Below, in pieces: positions 10,822 through 22,028 of a stretch of DNA of 64,000 nt. The position numbers and the translations under genes are program-made. The stretch spans positions 62,001-126,000 of the forward strand of contig NIVC01001666.1 in NCBI GenBank assembly GCA_002269645.1, in the 5' to 3' direction. The notes under the pieces were generated by a model. It worked only from the letters and a program-made list of their open reading frames with translations. It was not told the origin of the DNA and searched no databases. This DNA is from Macrostomum lignano. Lineage: Eukaryota. The number at the start of each line of letters is the position of its first letter. The stretch's first letter is position 1.

Positions 10822-13800
10822 TCAGATGTTATCAATATCCACGTCCGAGTCCGGCTGCTCTTCTTCAACTCGGCCTCCGTTGGATGGCCGAACCTGCCGC
10901 GAACTCTTAGTGGAGCCGTTGCCGTTAATCTTCTCTTTCAAGTGTCCAGCCTCCTTATTGTTCTCCTCATCTTCCTCATCATCCTCGCTGGATGACTCTT
11001 CGTCCGCAGTTTGCAACCAGTTGATGAAGGGCTGCGACAGCTCGTGGATGCTGCGGCTAAGCTTCCGGTCACCGGAGTAGCGCTTGCTCGGCTGCGGGTT
11101 TGGGAATGAAAATGGATGGGAGGATAAACTGATTGAGACTTTGATAATAATTGCGACAGTTCACCCTGTTATTGATTAATTGCAGTACTTATCAGGACTC
11201 ATTGGTGTTTCAAGATCACATGCCCCCAGTAATGACTAGGGTCATAGGCCTGGACACTTGTAAATAGTTTTTCATCATTATTTGTTTCTGTTGAACATGT
11301 GACAAAATGGAAGATTACTAAAGTTGCCAGTCAGGACTCACAGGTGTTTAATATCATGACCAAATTAGATTCATAGGCCTGGACACTTGTAGAGATTTCA
11401 TCATGTGTGCAACTCTTCTGCTCAATAGTCAGGATTGATAATTGCCGGGGCGATTCAGAGATGATTTTACAGAGTGATTCAGAGATGATTGAATAAAGTG
11501 ATTCAGAGATGATTTTACAGAGTGATTCAGAGATGATTGAATAAAGTGATTCAGAGATGATTTTACAGAGTGATTCAGAGATGATTGTAAAGAGTGATTC
11601 AGAGATGATTTTACAGAGTGATTCAGAGATGATTGTAAAGAGTGATTCAGAGATGATTTTACAGAGTGATTCAGAGATGATTTTACAGAGTGATTCAGAG
11701 ATGATTGTAAAGAGTGATTCAGAGATGATTGTAAAGAGTGATTCAGAGATGATTGTAAAGAGTGATTCAGAGATGATTTTACAGAGTGATTCAGAGATGA
11801 TTTTACAGAGTGATTCAGAGATGATTTTACAGAGTGATTCAGAGATGATTTTACAGAGTGATTCAGAGATGATTTTACAGAGTGATTCAGAGATGATTTT
11901 ACAGAGTGATTCAGAAATGATTGTAAAGAGTGATTCAGAGATGATTGAATAGAGTGATTCAGAGATGATTTTACAGAGTGATTCAGAGATGATTGTAAAG
12001 AGTGATTCAGAGGTGATTGTAAAGAGTGATTCAGAGATGATTTTACAGAGTGATTCAGAGATGATTGTAAAGAGTGATTCAGAGATGATTTTACAGAGTG
12101 ATTCAGAGATGATTTTACAGAGTGATTCAGAGATGATTTTACAGAGTGATTCAGAGATGATTGTAAAGAGTGATTCAGAGATGATTGTAAAGAGTGATTC
12201 AGAGATGATTGTAAAGAGTGATTCAGAGATGATTTTACAGAGTGATTCAGAGATGATTTTACAGAGTGATTCAGAGATGATTTTACAGAGTGATTCAGAA
12301 ATGATTGTAAAGAGTGATTCAGAGATGATTGAATAGAGTGATTCAGAGATGATTTTACAGAGTGATTCAGAGATGATTGTAAAGAGTGATTCAGAGGTGA
12401 TTTTACAGAGTGATTCAGAGATGATTCAGAGACAATGCTACTATTTTAAACTCTCAGCAATGATCGGTCAGAGAGATTCCCGAATAGTTCTATTGTACAA
12501 AAGAAATTGAATGATTTGCAAAGCGAACAACAAAAAAACGCACCCCCTTGGCGGCCCACTCGATCAGGGTCTCCTCGGACAGCAGATCGGCCGAATAGAA
12601 GGCATTGAGCAAGTTAGGAATCCGTTTAGCATCCAGCAGGCTGTCCCGGAACCTGGCAATCAAAGTCTCCACCGCGCCCATCAGATATTTCTGAGCCCGA
12701 CGATTCTTGTCGCCGCCAACAAAAGCCAGGAACACCGGACGGTAAGTCTTGGCGATGTCCGACACCAGAGTGGCCGGCGAATCGAGCAGCACTTCAACAA
12801 CAACCAGCACGGCTTTGTCGCGAATGTCCAGACGCTCGGCTTCAAGCACCAGTTCGCCGGGACTGAGCTGGCCAGATGACAGGCGCTCAGTAAGGAACTT
12901 GTGGAACCGGTCCGCCCGGTCTTGGGGCGTCAGCTCCAGCATCTCGTCCGTTACAATCAGTCGCTGGATGGAGGCCGGCAGCTCATCCGCAGCTGCCCGC
13001 TGCTGCTCTCTATCATTCTCATCGTCTCCGCCCTCCCATTCGCCATCACTATCGAAGTCGTCCCCGCCTACGCCGGCGCCGTTTAAGTCGTCAGCATCTC
13101 CGTCGTCAGGATGATGATTGCTCTCCTCTCCGCTGTTGCCGCCTTCCGGGCTGCGATCGGCGGTGGTGCCGCCGTTAGCGCCGCCGCGCCTCCTCCGAGT
13201 ACCGGCGGCTCCCCGGCCGCCTTTGCCGCTAGAGGCGCCAGCGGCCAGAGCCAGGCCGGTCTCGTCCGGCGGATTCTTTAAAATGAACTGCGCAGTTCGG
13301 CCATTGTCCGGGACGGGGGCCAGGCAGCCGCAGGCTTTGCATTTGGCCAATAGTTCGCCGCCTTGTTTGCCGCGAGTGCGCACAATCAGATCGGTCTCGG
13401 GGTTCTCGCATTTCGAGCACAGAACGTACCTGGGATGGCGATCGATTGTGCTTGTGCTGTTGTGATGTGAATCACTCGATTGTGCCTTCATTGTGACAAG
13501 TCGATTCAATTTAAGACCTCACTGCTAAATCGTACCACTAAAAAAGGGTGTCTACTGAACCTAAAACCTAACCCAAAACTTTAATCCTAAGCTGAAACGT
13601 AACCCAAAACCTAACCTTGACGTAAAATCGAAAACCCAACCTAAAACCTAGCCCTAAACCACAGATACTAGAATAGCTAGATGGACCACTCTGGTCTGGC
13701 TAATTAGTAAAACAGCTTTCTACTTTCAGTTCAGTAGCAAAGAAGAATACATAAGCTGTTTTTAAGAATAAAGGCAGCTGAAATGACTTTGATAAGTTTA

Positions 13801-14747
13801 GAAGCCCAAGCTTGCAGGCGTAAACAACTTGCTAATTGGTTCAGCAATAATGTACATTAGCCAGTCCAAAGAAAATGTACATGGCAGATTTGGACTGGAA
13901 TTCTGAGAAAGGCAATAAAAATTGGGGCGGGCGGGGGTAGTGTGGAAAGGCGCGGTTGGAGGGTTCAAGTTGGGGGGGGGGGGGGGGGTTAGAGTAGGGG
14001 TGTTCGGGTCGGGTTTTGGTACCGGTTTCGGGGTTCGGGGTAAGGTGTTCGGGTCGGGTATCGGGTACGGGGTTAGGTGTTCGGGTTTTCGGGTTCAATG
14101 GAAAAATAAACTTTAGCTATTTTAAAAATACATTTCTCCTAATGTCGTTATGTACCGCTTTAAAGTATAAAAAGGTGAATATTTAAACTTCAAAAACCGA
14201 AAAAATGCTTGAATTTAGGTTTTCAATTACAAATGTAGGGTTCTACGGATGAAGTCTATGAATCTATGGATTCTGGCTGGCCGCTGGACTATGCTTGTGG
14301 ATTTAAAAAATCACAACTTAAACCCAAGTTGGTAAACATTTGGATAAGTGGATGTTAAAGTCAATGCTAAGATCTTAAGAATGAGGAGTCAAATTATAGA
14401 GAGGAGAGTAAAGACTTTGCTAGCTAATGACAAAGTTAGTGTAGAACAAATCAAGCAACTTACTTGCGTATGAAAGCATCCAAAATAGTCTGCAACTTGT
14501 CGCAATCGTGCGCCCCATTCACTATGAACCGTTCGTTCTTCTGGTCGAATTGAATCTGGGCGCCAAGTTCGGCGCCAAAAAATTTAGTTGGATAGATTGG
14601 CGGCCGGCCAAGGGCTTTGGCAACCTCGGGCATGTTCACTATAACAGTTTTAATGCCGTTACCCTTGCCCTCGACTTTGGCAATCAGTCTGGGCATCTTG
14701 TAGCGATAGAAGTCGTCGCTAACCTCTCGATTCACGTTCAGAGCCAT
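10822..14747 (-). CDS. EIF5: Eukaryotic translation initiation factor 5
   Basis: Join 14747-14464, 13429-12544, 11091-10822 (1440 nt, 479 aa). N-terminus [34 protein letters not shown], zinc-ribbon [12 protein letters not shown]2 domain [10 protein letters not shown], terminal DVDIDNI. Confidence 0.97.
11187..11283 (-). ncRNA. Box C/D snoRNA copy B, SNORD66-like, in eIF5 intron 2
   Basis: C box ATGATGA (11278-11272), identical guide plus D' block (21-nt perfect match to copy A at 11242-11262), D box CTGA (11195-11192). Terminal stem weak; ends approximate. Confidence 0.72.
11322..11414 (-). ncRNA. Box C/D snoRNA copy A, SNORD66 (HBII-142)-like, in eIF5 intron 2
   Basis: Sense to host. C box ATGATGA (11404-11398), guide AGTGTCCAGGCC (11387-11376), T + D' ATGA, degenerate C' ATGATA, D box CTGA (11334-11331), 6-bp terminal stem (11322-11327 with 11409-11414). 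Confidence 0.8.
11452..12430. repeat. Minisatellite 24 bp (agagtgattcagagatgattttac / gtaa variants), eIF5 intron 2
   Basis: About 40 copies. Confidence 0.97.
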
Positions 14748-15019
14748 TTCCTTAATTTCCTAAGACTTGCAATTCTAAAAACTAATTTATGCCTTGATGA
14801 AAGATTTGCTTTAATTAGTTAGTTAGTCTTTTTATACTGATTATGGTGCCCTGTTCAACTTATTATTCTCTTCTCATAATCCAGAAGATACCGATGGCTT
14901 GGAGCAGCAATTTTTATTGCTTCTTTTCGATGCGTTCGAATTTTAGCAGCTCGATTTGCATTTAGCCACTTCCGTCTGCTTGATAGCGTACTGCCTGCTG
15001 CTGCGGCGGGACTCTGCAT
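14738..15019 (-). promoter_or_regulatory. eIF5 uORF1: poor-context AUG, out of frame, overlapping the main AUG after splicing of predicted leader intron 14760-14891
   Basis: cgcATGc at 15019 (C at -3, C at +4). 42 codons + CG, spliced to G AAA TTA AGG AAA TGG CTC TGA, ending 10 nt inside the CDS. The main AUG is gaaATGg (strong). Confidence 0.6.
14914..14961 (-). promoter_or_regulatory. eIF5 uORF2 (MQIELLKFERIEKKQ*), poor context
   Basis: taaATGc at 14961 (U at -3, C at +4); TAA at 14916-14914. Assumes the transcript starts upstream of 14961. Confidence 0.55.
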
Positions 15020-15505
15020 GCGATTGACTTAGACTGGGCGCGTGCGTGCCTTGGCTTTGAGAATAGCGCCTAGTGAAATCTGCTGAGCAATTCTCCTGTC
15101 AGTGTCAGCTGGAGCTTGGCTGCACCTGTAACAGAGTGCATTTGAGGATTTAAGTTGTTGCTGAAAATATTCAATAAGTTAATTGTCTATCCTGGAGGTT
15201 AACTTTGATGATGTTTTAATTCTAAGTCCTTATTTTGTATATAATCAGGTGTTCCAAAAAAGGTCAAGTTTTAATTCAATGACCAATATTGTACAAAACT
15301 GTTTGCTCCTGTTTCCTAGCAACTGTATGTGCTAATAATAAACATTAATAAGGTTTGTTTCCCGGAGTTCTTATTCTGATTGGTGCTTTTGTTCCTAGGG
15401 GTCAGACAATATCATATTTACAAGATTTTTGGGATTTGATCAAGATACAAGATTAAGCCTAATTAGCATCTAGTAGGCCTAGTCTATCTATTAACAGTAG
15501 AACTA

Positions 15506-17342
15506 CCAAGAGGGGGGGAAAAATCCCCCCCCCTTGACAATTTTTTTTGCTGCGCCGGAACGGAGCAACGCAGGCACACGAAATTCAAGAACACGGGCTA
15601 ACTTTTTGTTGCGCACCTTCTCAAACAAGAATCAAGTCGCCAGCCCTTCGGACCGTCGAGATATTCGACGATTCTGCCAGAAGGTCGGATTTTTCCCATA
15701 AGCGCTAGTGTATTCAGTACACCCCTGTGCGCCAAATAGCACTGCGCCTCAGTGCAGCCTTGCCAAGTCTCCAAATTTCATCAGCACGCCGACCAAATGT
15801 GTCTGCATCAGCTCTGACTTCGTTGGTTACTGGCCTTCACCGAGACGGAGCTTCTAGACCTTCAACAGGTGGCACCAGGTGACTATGAACACCTTGATGC
15901 GAATTTCTCTAGTTTCGCCGATCAAGCCTCGATAGTGGGCAAAAATCAACTGCTGGACATCCTCAGCTAGTCTCCTGAGCATTCCTTCATCATCCCGACA
16001 CCGTCGGCACCTTCAACAGGTGGCATCAGGTGACTATGGACGTCCTGTTGCAAATATGTCAGGTCTTTCTTATCAAGCTTCAATAATGGGCAAACTTCAA
16101 CCGACGGACATTGTCAGCTAGTCTCTCAAGCATTCCGTCATCATCCCGACGCCGTCGGCTCCTTCAACAGATTACACCAGGTGACTATGGACAGCCTGAT
16201 AAGAATTTCTCTAGTTTCGCCGATCAAGCCTCGATAGTGGGCAAAAATCAACTGCTGGACATCCTCAGCTAGTCAGTCAAGCATTCAGCCATCAACCGGA
16301 CGCCGTCGGCTCCTTCAACAGATTACACCAAGTGACTATGGACATCCTGTTGCAAATATGTCAGGTTTTTCTTATCAAGCTTCAATAATAAGCAAACCTC
16401 AACTGCTGGACATCCTCAGCTAGTCAGTCAAGCATTCAGCCATCACCCCGACGTCGTCGGCACCTTCAACAGGTGGCACCAGGGGAGTAAGGACACCTGA
16501 GCGTGATTTTTCATCATGCTCTTAACATTTCTGAAGCTCTCAAAATTTTTAAAGCACGGACATTGCTATAGTTAAGCTTGAACTTATGTTGCTGTATATT
16601 TATATTATTATTACACATACTTTTATGCATACGAGCTACATACATATTTTATTCGAAAAGCTGTTTAGTTTATTCAACTATAATATTGAACCCAATTTTT
16701 ATGCAGAAAGGGTTATGCTTTTAAGAAGCCAGTAAATTCAATCCGTTTTTTCATTTTTTAATGATTCAGAAATGTTAAGAGCATGATGAAAAACCACGCT
16801 CAGGTGTCCTTACTCCCCTGGTGCCACCTGTTGAAGGTGCCGACGGCGTCCGGTTGATGGCTGAATGCTTGACTGACTAGCTGAGGATGTCCAGCAGTTG
16901 ATTTTTGCCCACTATCGAGGCTTGATCGGCGAAACTAGAGAAATTCGCATCAAGGTGTTCATAGTCACCTGGTGCCACCTGTTGAAGGTCTAGAAGCTCC
17001 GTCTCGGTGAAGGCCAGTAACCAACGAAGTCAGAGCTGATGCAGACACATTTGGTCGGCGTGCTGATGAAATTTGGAGACTTGGCAAGGCTGCACTGAGG
17101 CGCAGTGCTATTTGGCGCACAGGGGTGTACTGAATACACTAGCGCTTATGGGAAAAATCCGACCTTCTGGCAGAATCGTCGAATATCTCGACGGTCCGAA
17201 GGGCTGGCGACTTGATTCTTGTTTGAGAAGGTGCGCAACAAAAAGTTAGCCCGTGTTCTTGAATTTCGTGTGCCTGCGTTGCTCCGTTCCGGCGCAGCAA
17301 AAAAAATTGTCAGGGGGGGGGAAATTCCCCCCCCCCTCTTGG
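15506..17342. mobile_element. Non-autonomous foldback-type DNA transposon with very long terminal inverted repeats and ~151-bp internal subrepeats
   Basis: 15500-15972 is a near-perfect reverse complement of 16876-17348; an inner inverted repeat pairs ~16400-16533 with ~16767-16900. The motif ccttcaacag..gtgactatg recurs at ~15860, 16011, 16162, 16313, 16464. Termini CCAAG..CTTGG are flanked by TA (probable TSD). No ORF. Confidence 0.85.
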
Positions 17343-18242
17343 TAGTTCGACAGGCGGAAAAATGGCTTGGTATTCCTACTGTAAATGCTAGTATTGTTAC
17401 TTGTTAAATGTGTACAATGATAATAGTAATAGGAAAAACTTTTATTACATAATATATTTAGCATGTTAATAACTAGATGTATACCAAATATAAATATGAT
17501 AATATTGTAGTCACCAATATTTGCATAGTCAAATCTTGACTTATTTGACATGTTGAAACTGATATGAATAAAAAACCAACAATCAACATTTTTAAGTTGA
17601 CATGTTTTGTATTCCATGGTGAATTTTTAGGTTTATTTTATTAGAATGAAAAAAATAACCAAGGCTAACAATAATAAATATTTGTGATGCAAAAAATTGA
17701 TGAGTAATTATTATTCTATACAATAAATTTGTCCAAAGATCAATAGGCAAGTTGGGAATGGAAATCTTTGGACAAATTTAGGCCTATTTACTAATTGAAT
17801 AGTTACAAATGTATGCCAAAAACATTTTGAGTGCATGCCCACACTTTCAAATCTAAGCTAATGTTGCAAAAATGACCTTTTAATAATAATTTGGTTGGTT
17901 TTCTTTTTTGTCTATATTATTTATAGTAGACAATCAATATATGCTAAAATTTGTTAGAATGCTTTATTACAAGCTTAAAAACTAGAAAGCTTAAAAATGA
18001 ACTTTTGAGTTTTTTTCTACTTACCTTCTTTTCTAATACTAAACCTCCTACGTGATTCTATAAACTGCATGTCAGGTATGCATGCAGACTATTTTCTTAG
18101 GAGTAATACACAGTGATGGGCACTAATGCTGCTAAATTTGAATTCTGCTAAAGCAGCACTAACATTTTGTTAGTGCCGCTAAATTGAAATTCCAATTAGC
18201 ATGTACTATCAAAGCACCGCTAATATTTTCTAAAAATCACTA

Positions 18243-18845
18243 TTTGTACTAAATTTAGATAGTTCACGATAAGTTAGCAGATCGGCAAGCTGCTTCCACC
18301 CTTAGACTTTTACTATCACTACTTAAAATTGCTGGATCAGTTGACTAACTAATTAAATGGTGAGCCAGGGTAGACGGCGGAAGAGTTGGTATAAGGAGGC
18401 CAGATAGCATTATAGCTAAGGGTTAGCAAGCCTAGGTCGAGAAGCAAAGCAAGGGGAAGGGCGAGAGCCACTGCTGACTGTAGTGTAAGCATATATTTAA
18501 GGGTAAACAGATAACAACATCCTTAATCTAAAACCCAGACAAACAACCCCCCCATGCGGCATGCAATGTACATGTACAAATTATTCGATAGAATATATCA
18601 TGCAAGAATAACATATGTCAGTACATGTACATAGGTAGAACTACTTTACAAGAAATAATAACAATATGAATGAAATACAAATAATAGAATAAATACATAC
18701 GAGGCTACAAAAACAAAGCAATTAACAGTAAAAATAGCGCTATAATAATATGTACAAATATTGTTAAAATAAATACAGTAGTAGTATCATATGCATATGA
18801 AAATAAAGAAATATGATACACGCTTCTACAAATCACATTGTCACA
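18243..18845 (+). mobile_element. Decayed, 5'-truncated copy of the solo LTR at 22381-23010 (inverted)
   Basis: About 590 bp aligns by eye to the reverse complement of ~22381-22970 and shares the ...TGTCACA end; many CG to TG/CA changes. Confidence 0.8.
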
Positions 18846-19754
18846 ACTGTTTAATACTTAAAATGAGACCCTATTTGAGTAATAAGTTAAAGATTATGTA
18901 AATTCATCTATAGGCCTACTAAATTATCTTTTTTGCTTTTGTTATCAACAACTAATCTTGTTTTTGTCATTGACTTTCAAAAGTTTTATTACTACTTTTA
19001 ATTTGTTAGCAAAAAGTTGTTGATGATCTTGCTTTCTTTCTTGAATATAAGAAGGCCATGGCCTGGGTAGCAAGGGCCCTTGACATTTTTCAAGACAAAT
19101 AGCATTGTAATTTAGGAACTCTTTCTACTATCTGTTGCTCCGATAGTTCAATGGCTTGAGGATTTTTTATTAGGATTGATAATAGCTTGTAGAAACAAAT
19201 TATTAGCAATAGCATTATTAGGCCTTAGCTTATTCATTTAAGTTAAGTCCTAAAATGAGTTAAAAATGTGCAAAAATGCATAGATACTATGTGAAATGGC
19301 AGTTTATATTAAATGTATTTACTAATTTAGTAATTAGTGCATTTCAAAATTAGTGGCGCTAATTGCACTAAATTCAAAGTAGAAATAGCACCTACTATTA
19401 GCAATTGCTAATTTTTTTCTTTTATCAGTTAGTGACAGCACTCAGTGACACTAGGGTCAAGATTGTGTACCACTGTACGCCAGAATGAAAATTGCTTCCG
19501 TAGCTCATGCACATCAATGTACACCAATGAACTTTTTATGGCATACAAAAATACACCAAAATAAAAGTTACAAATTACAACTAATATTAAAAGCTTGCAA
19601 AATTTTAATATTCAAACAACTTATATGCTAAAACTGAAAATCTATTTACTAAACTGTAGAGAACTAGTTCATTTTAACTATTTTTGTTTTATTTTTACTT
19701 TCCTAGAAAAGTTAAACCCAGTTTTTCAAATTTAGTTTTACATTTTTTGTAAAG

Positions 19755-20175
19755 TGTAACGAGTCCGGTATATTTAATATTACTAGCGAAGAGAGTATTA
19801 GCAACGTATATGGTTCAGCAGATACGTCTGTCAGTCCTGGACGATTTACTATACTCGGAGCATAAGAAATCTTACTGTCTTAGTATGAATGCGTACACTG
19901 GTGATCGGCTCTGATTATAATTATTGTATCTTACGTACATGCTAGGTTGATCTACGTCCCAGGCTGCCACACGCTTACAGAAAAAGACTAGAACTTACAT
20001 GTTAAAATTATGAGTCGCATTTCTTGGAAACGGAAACCAAATTAACAAAATACGTAATATTAAAACCCTAGAATAAATTACGCACGTAATCTAAACAGCT
20101 AAGGATTTGAATAAAGTTAAAATACACCATGTAAATAAACTAAGATTTGAATTACAGAATTTCCAAACCGTTACA
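19755..20175 (+). mobile_element. Solo LTR (Gypsy-type, 421 bp)
   Basis: Termini TGTAACG...CGTTACA, perfect 4-bp TSD AAAG, AATAAA motifs near 20092 and 20110; CpGs retained. Confidence 0.78.
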
Positions 20176-20584
20176 AAAGGCTGCTCGCTGGTTATTTTTT
20201 CTGATCAAAATGTAGCTATTATAACTATGTACATTGAGACTACACCAAATGCAAACTTAATCATTTTTGTATGCTAATTATGTACATGTAGATTGATTGT
20301 TGGGACTTGGAACTTTTGGTCCTACCTGCTAGTCTTGGCAATCTTTATATGCCAAGCTGTATGCTAATATGACACGCCAGGCCCCTTTGTAAGCCAAGTT
20401 GTATGCCAATGGTGTAATCTAGGTCCATTTGTACCCGGGAAAATTCTGGCATACATGTATACTATCCGGAGTCTGGAAGTGACATAACCAGGGGGGTGGG
20501 GGGCAGTCACCCCCCTTAGGTGGAGACCCAAAAAATCAAAGGAGGGACCAAATGAATTTTTGCCAAAAAGAGACACCCCTCCGC

Positions 20585-21347
20585 CAGTGGTATGATTGGC
20601 AAAAGGCCATTTTTTTGCGCCTCACAAAAAAATTCGCGCCATTGTTTACTAGTTTAAATAACATGCTAACTACAATATATATGTACATGTAGAAAACCCA
20701 TATTTTTATGGTTTTTGCTTCTTTTTTCTAGCACTAAGGATCAATCCTTGCTGTGGCAGTACTTTACCACTCATAAAAGTTTGGCCTGCACAACTAAAAA
20801 GCAAGCAGCAAATGTCCTTGGACAAAAATGGGTGTCAAAACTTCATGGTATTTGATTTCTAAACTTTTTTGAAGGACACTCTGGGGCAGGCAATGGCTAT
20901 TCCTAACTTCCTGCTCAACAGCCTTCCATTTCAGCACTTGCTCAACAATTCTTTCAGCTTCCTTCAATTTCTTCTGCTAGAGCTTGCATTTCTCCTGTCG
21001 AAGCTGTTCCAACTCTTGATCCTTCTCCTTGTTACGAGTCAGCTCCAGCAGCAGTCGTTGGAGCTCTCTTTAGTCTGCTTCCGTTTTGACTGGATCTCAT
21101 CTTTTTTCATTTTCAGCTGCTGCTCCAGATCCAGATTTGCATGCATTGTACACCATAACATAAAGTTTAAATTTGAATAAAGCGTGCATGAATAGACTAA
21201 ACGTGATCAGTTCATCAGTAAAAAATGAAAATTTGAAAATTGAAAAATCGCACCTCTGCTTGACGAAAATTTGCACCTGCCCTTAGAAATCGCGTATTCG
21301 CGCCTTTTTCGCACCTGGCACGAATTTGCGCCTCAATCATACCACTG
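20585..21347. mobile_element. Nested non-autonomous hAT element (763 bp)
   Basis: 14-bp perfect TIR CAGTGGTATGATTG; perfect 8-bp TSD CCCTCCGC (20577-20584 and 21348-21355). Confidence 0.88.
20868..21137 (-). pseudogene. Disrupted coiled-coil coding fragment inside the inner hAT
   Basis: NLDLEQQLKMKKDEIQSKRKQTKE, then a frameshift near 21065, then LQRLLLELTRNKEKDQELEQLRQEKCKL*QKKLKEAERIVEQVLKW (TAG at 20977-20979). Confidence 0.55.
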
Positions 21348-21412
21348 CCCTCCGCCCCCCTCTTGGGACTTTACCCTCCAGAATCCACCCCCCCTTCAAA
21401 AGGGGTACTATA

Positions 21413-22028
21413 TAGTCGTTTCGCTGACAAGACATTTCAGTGACAGACATTTCGGTGACAAATAGTTGTTTTGGTGACAAGTTGCAATTGTGATAGACAC
21501 ACTTCATTTTCAATGAAAAATCAAAGATTTCATAAGTATTGTTATTTTTAGTGATAGAGGTGTTTTATAATATTCGGTTGTAGTTATTTTGTTAAGATTT
21601 ATGTTTTGTAATGTATTTAAAAATTTTCGTCGAAAGAATATATTTAAAAAAAGAAAGCAAACTAATTATATTGTTATTTTCCTGTGCAGATCGTTTTGAA
21701 TTGTCCCAGAGTGTTCAGACACAAAAACCATAAACCTAGAGAGAATCCTTATGAAATGCAGACCACGAGAAAGGCGGAGATATTCACTCATTGACGCTTT
21801 TGCACGTGTTTAAATTGGAAAACATAATTCAAAAGACCGCAACTCTATAATTGTAAATAAACAAAATTAAATACAGAAATACTTAACTGTTTAAAAAAAT
21901 ATAAAATTTTAGGGTCAATATCCCTTAAGATTTTCTAAGTAATTTTCTGTTTAAAAACAGAACGGCTATAACTAAAATTGTATTTTTCTTGTCACTGAAA
22001 TGACTTTTGCTTGTCACCGAAACGACTG
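21413..22028. mobile_element. Tc1/mariner (pogo/Tigger-like) MITE, 616 bp
   Basis: TIR (C/T)AGTCGTTTCG(G/C)TGACAAG with internal tt(t/c)(a/g)gtgaca subrepeats at both ends; TA on both flanks. Confidence 0.8.

Noticed and set aside
13700-13900. Two hairpins in eIF5 intron 1 (aaaacagctt/aagctgtttt; ccagtccaaa/tttggactgg followed by ACA)
   Set aside because: No H box or two-hairpin layout in the correct order, and no clean miRNA stem; snoGPS or Infernal would settle it.
17490-17570. Plus-strand SPIFA*SNLDLFDMLK resembling mariner SPDLAPSDxxLF, with a Tc1-like caggtgttccaaaaa near 15247
   Set aside because: Only a 16-residue match with a stop, no flanking similarity and no matching right TIR; may be a very old relic but unsupported.
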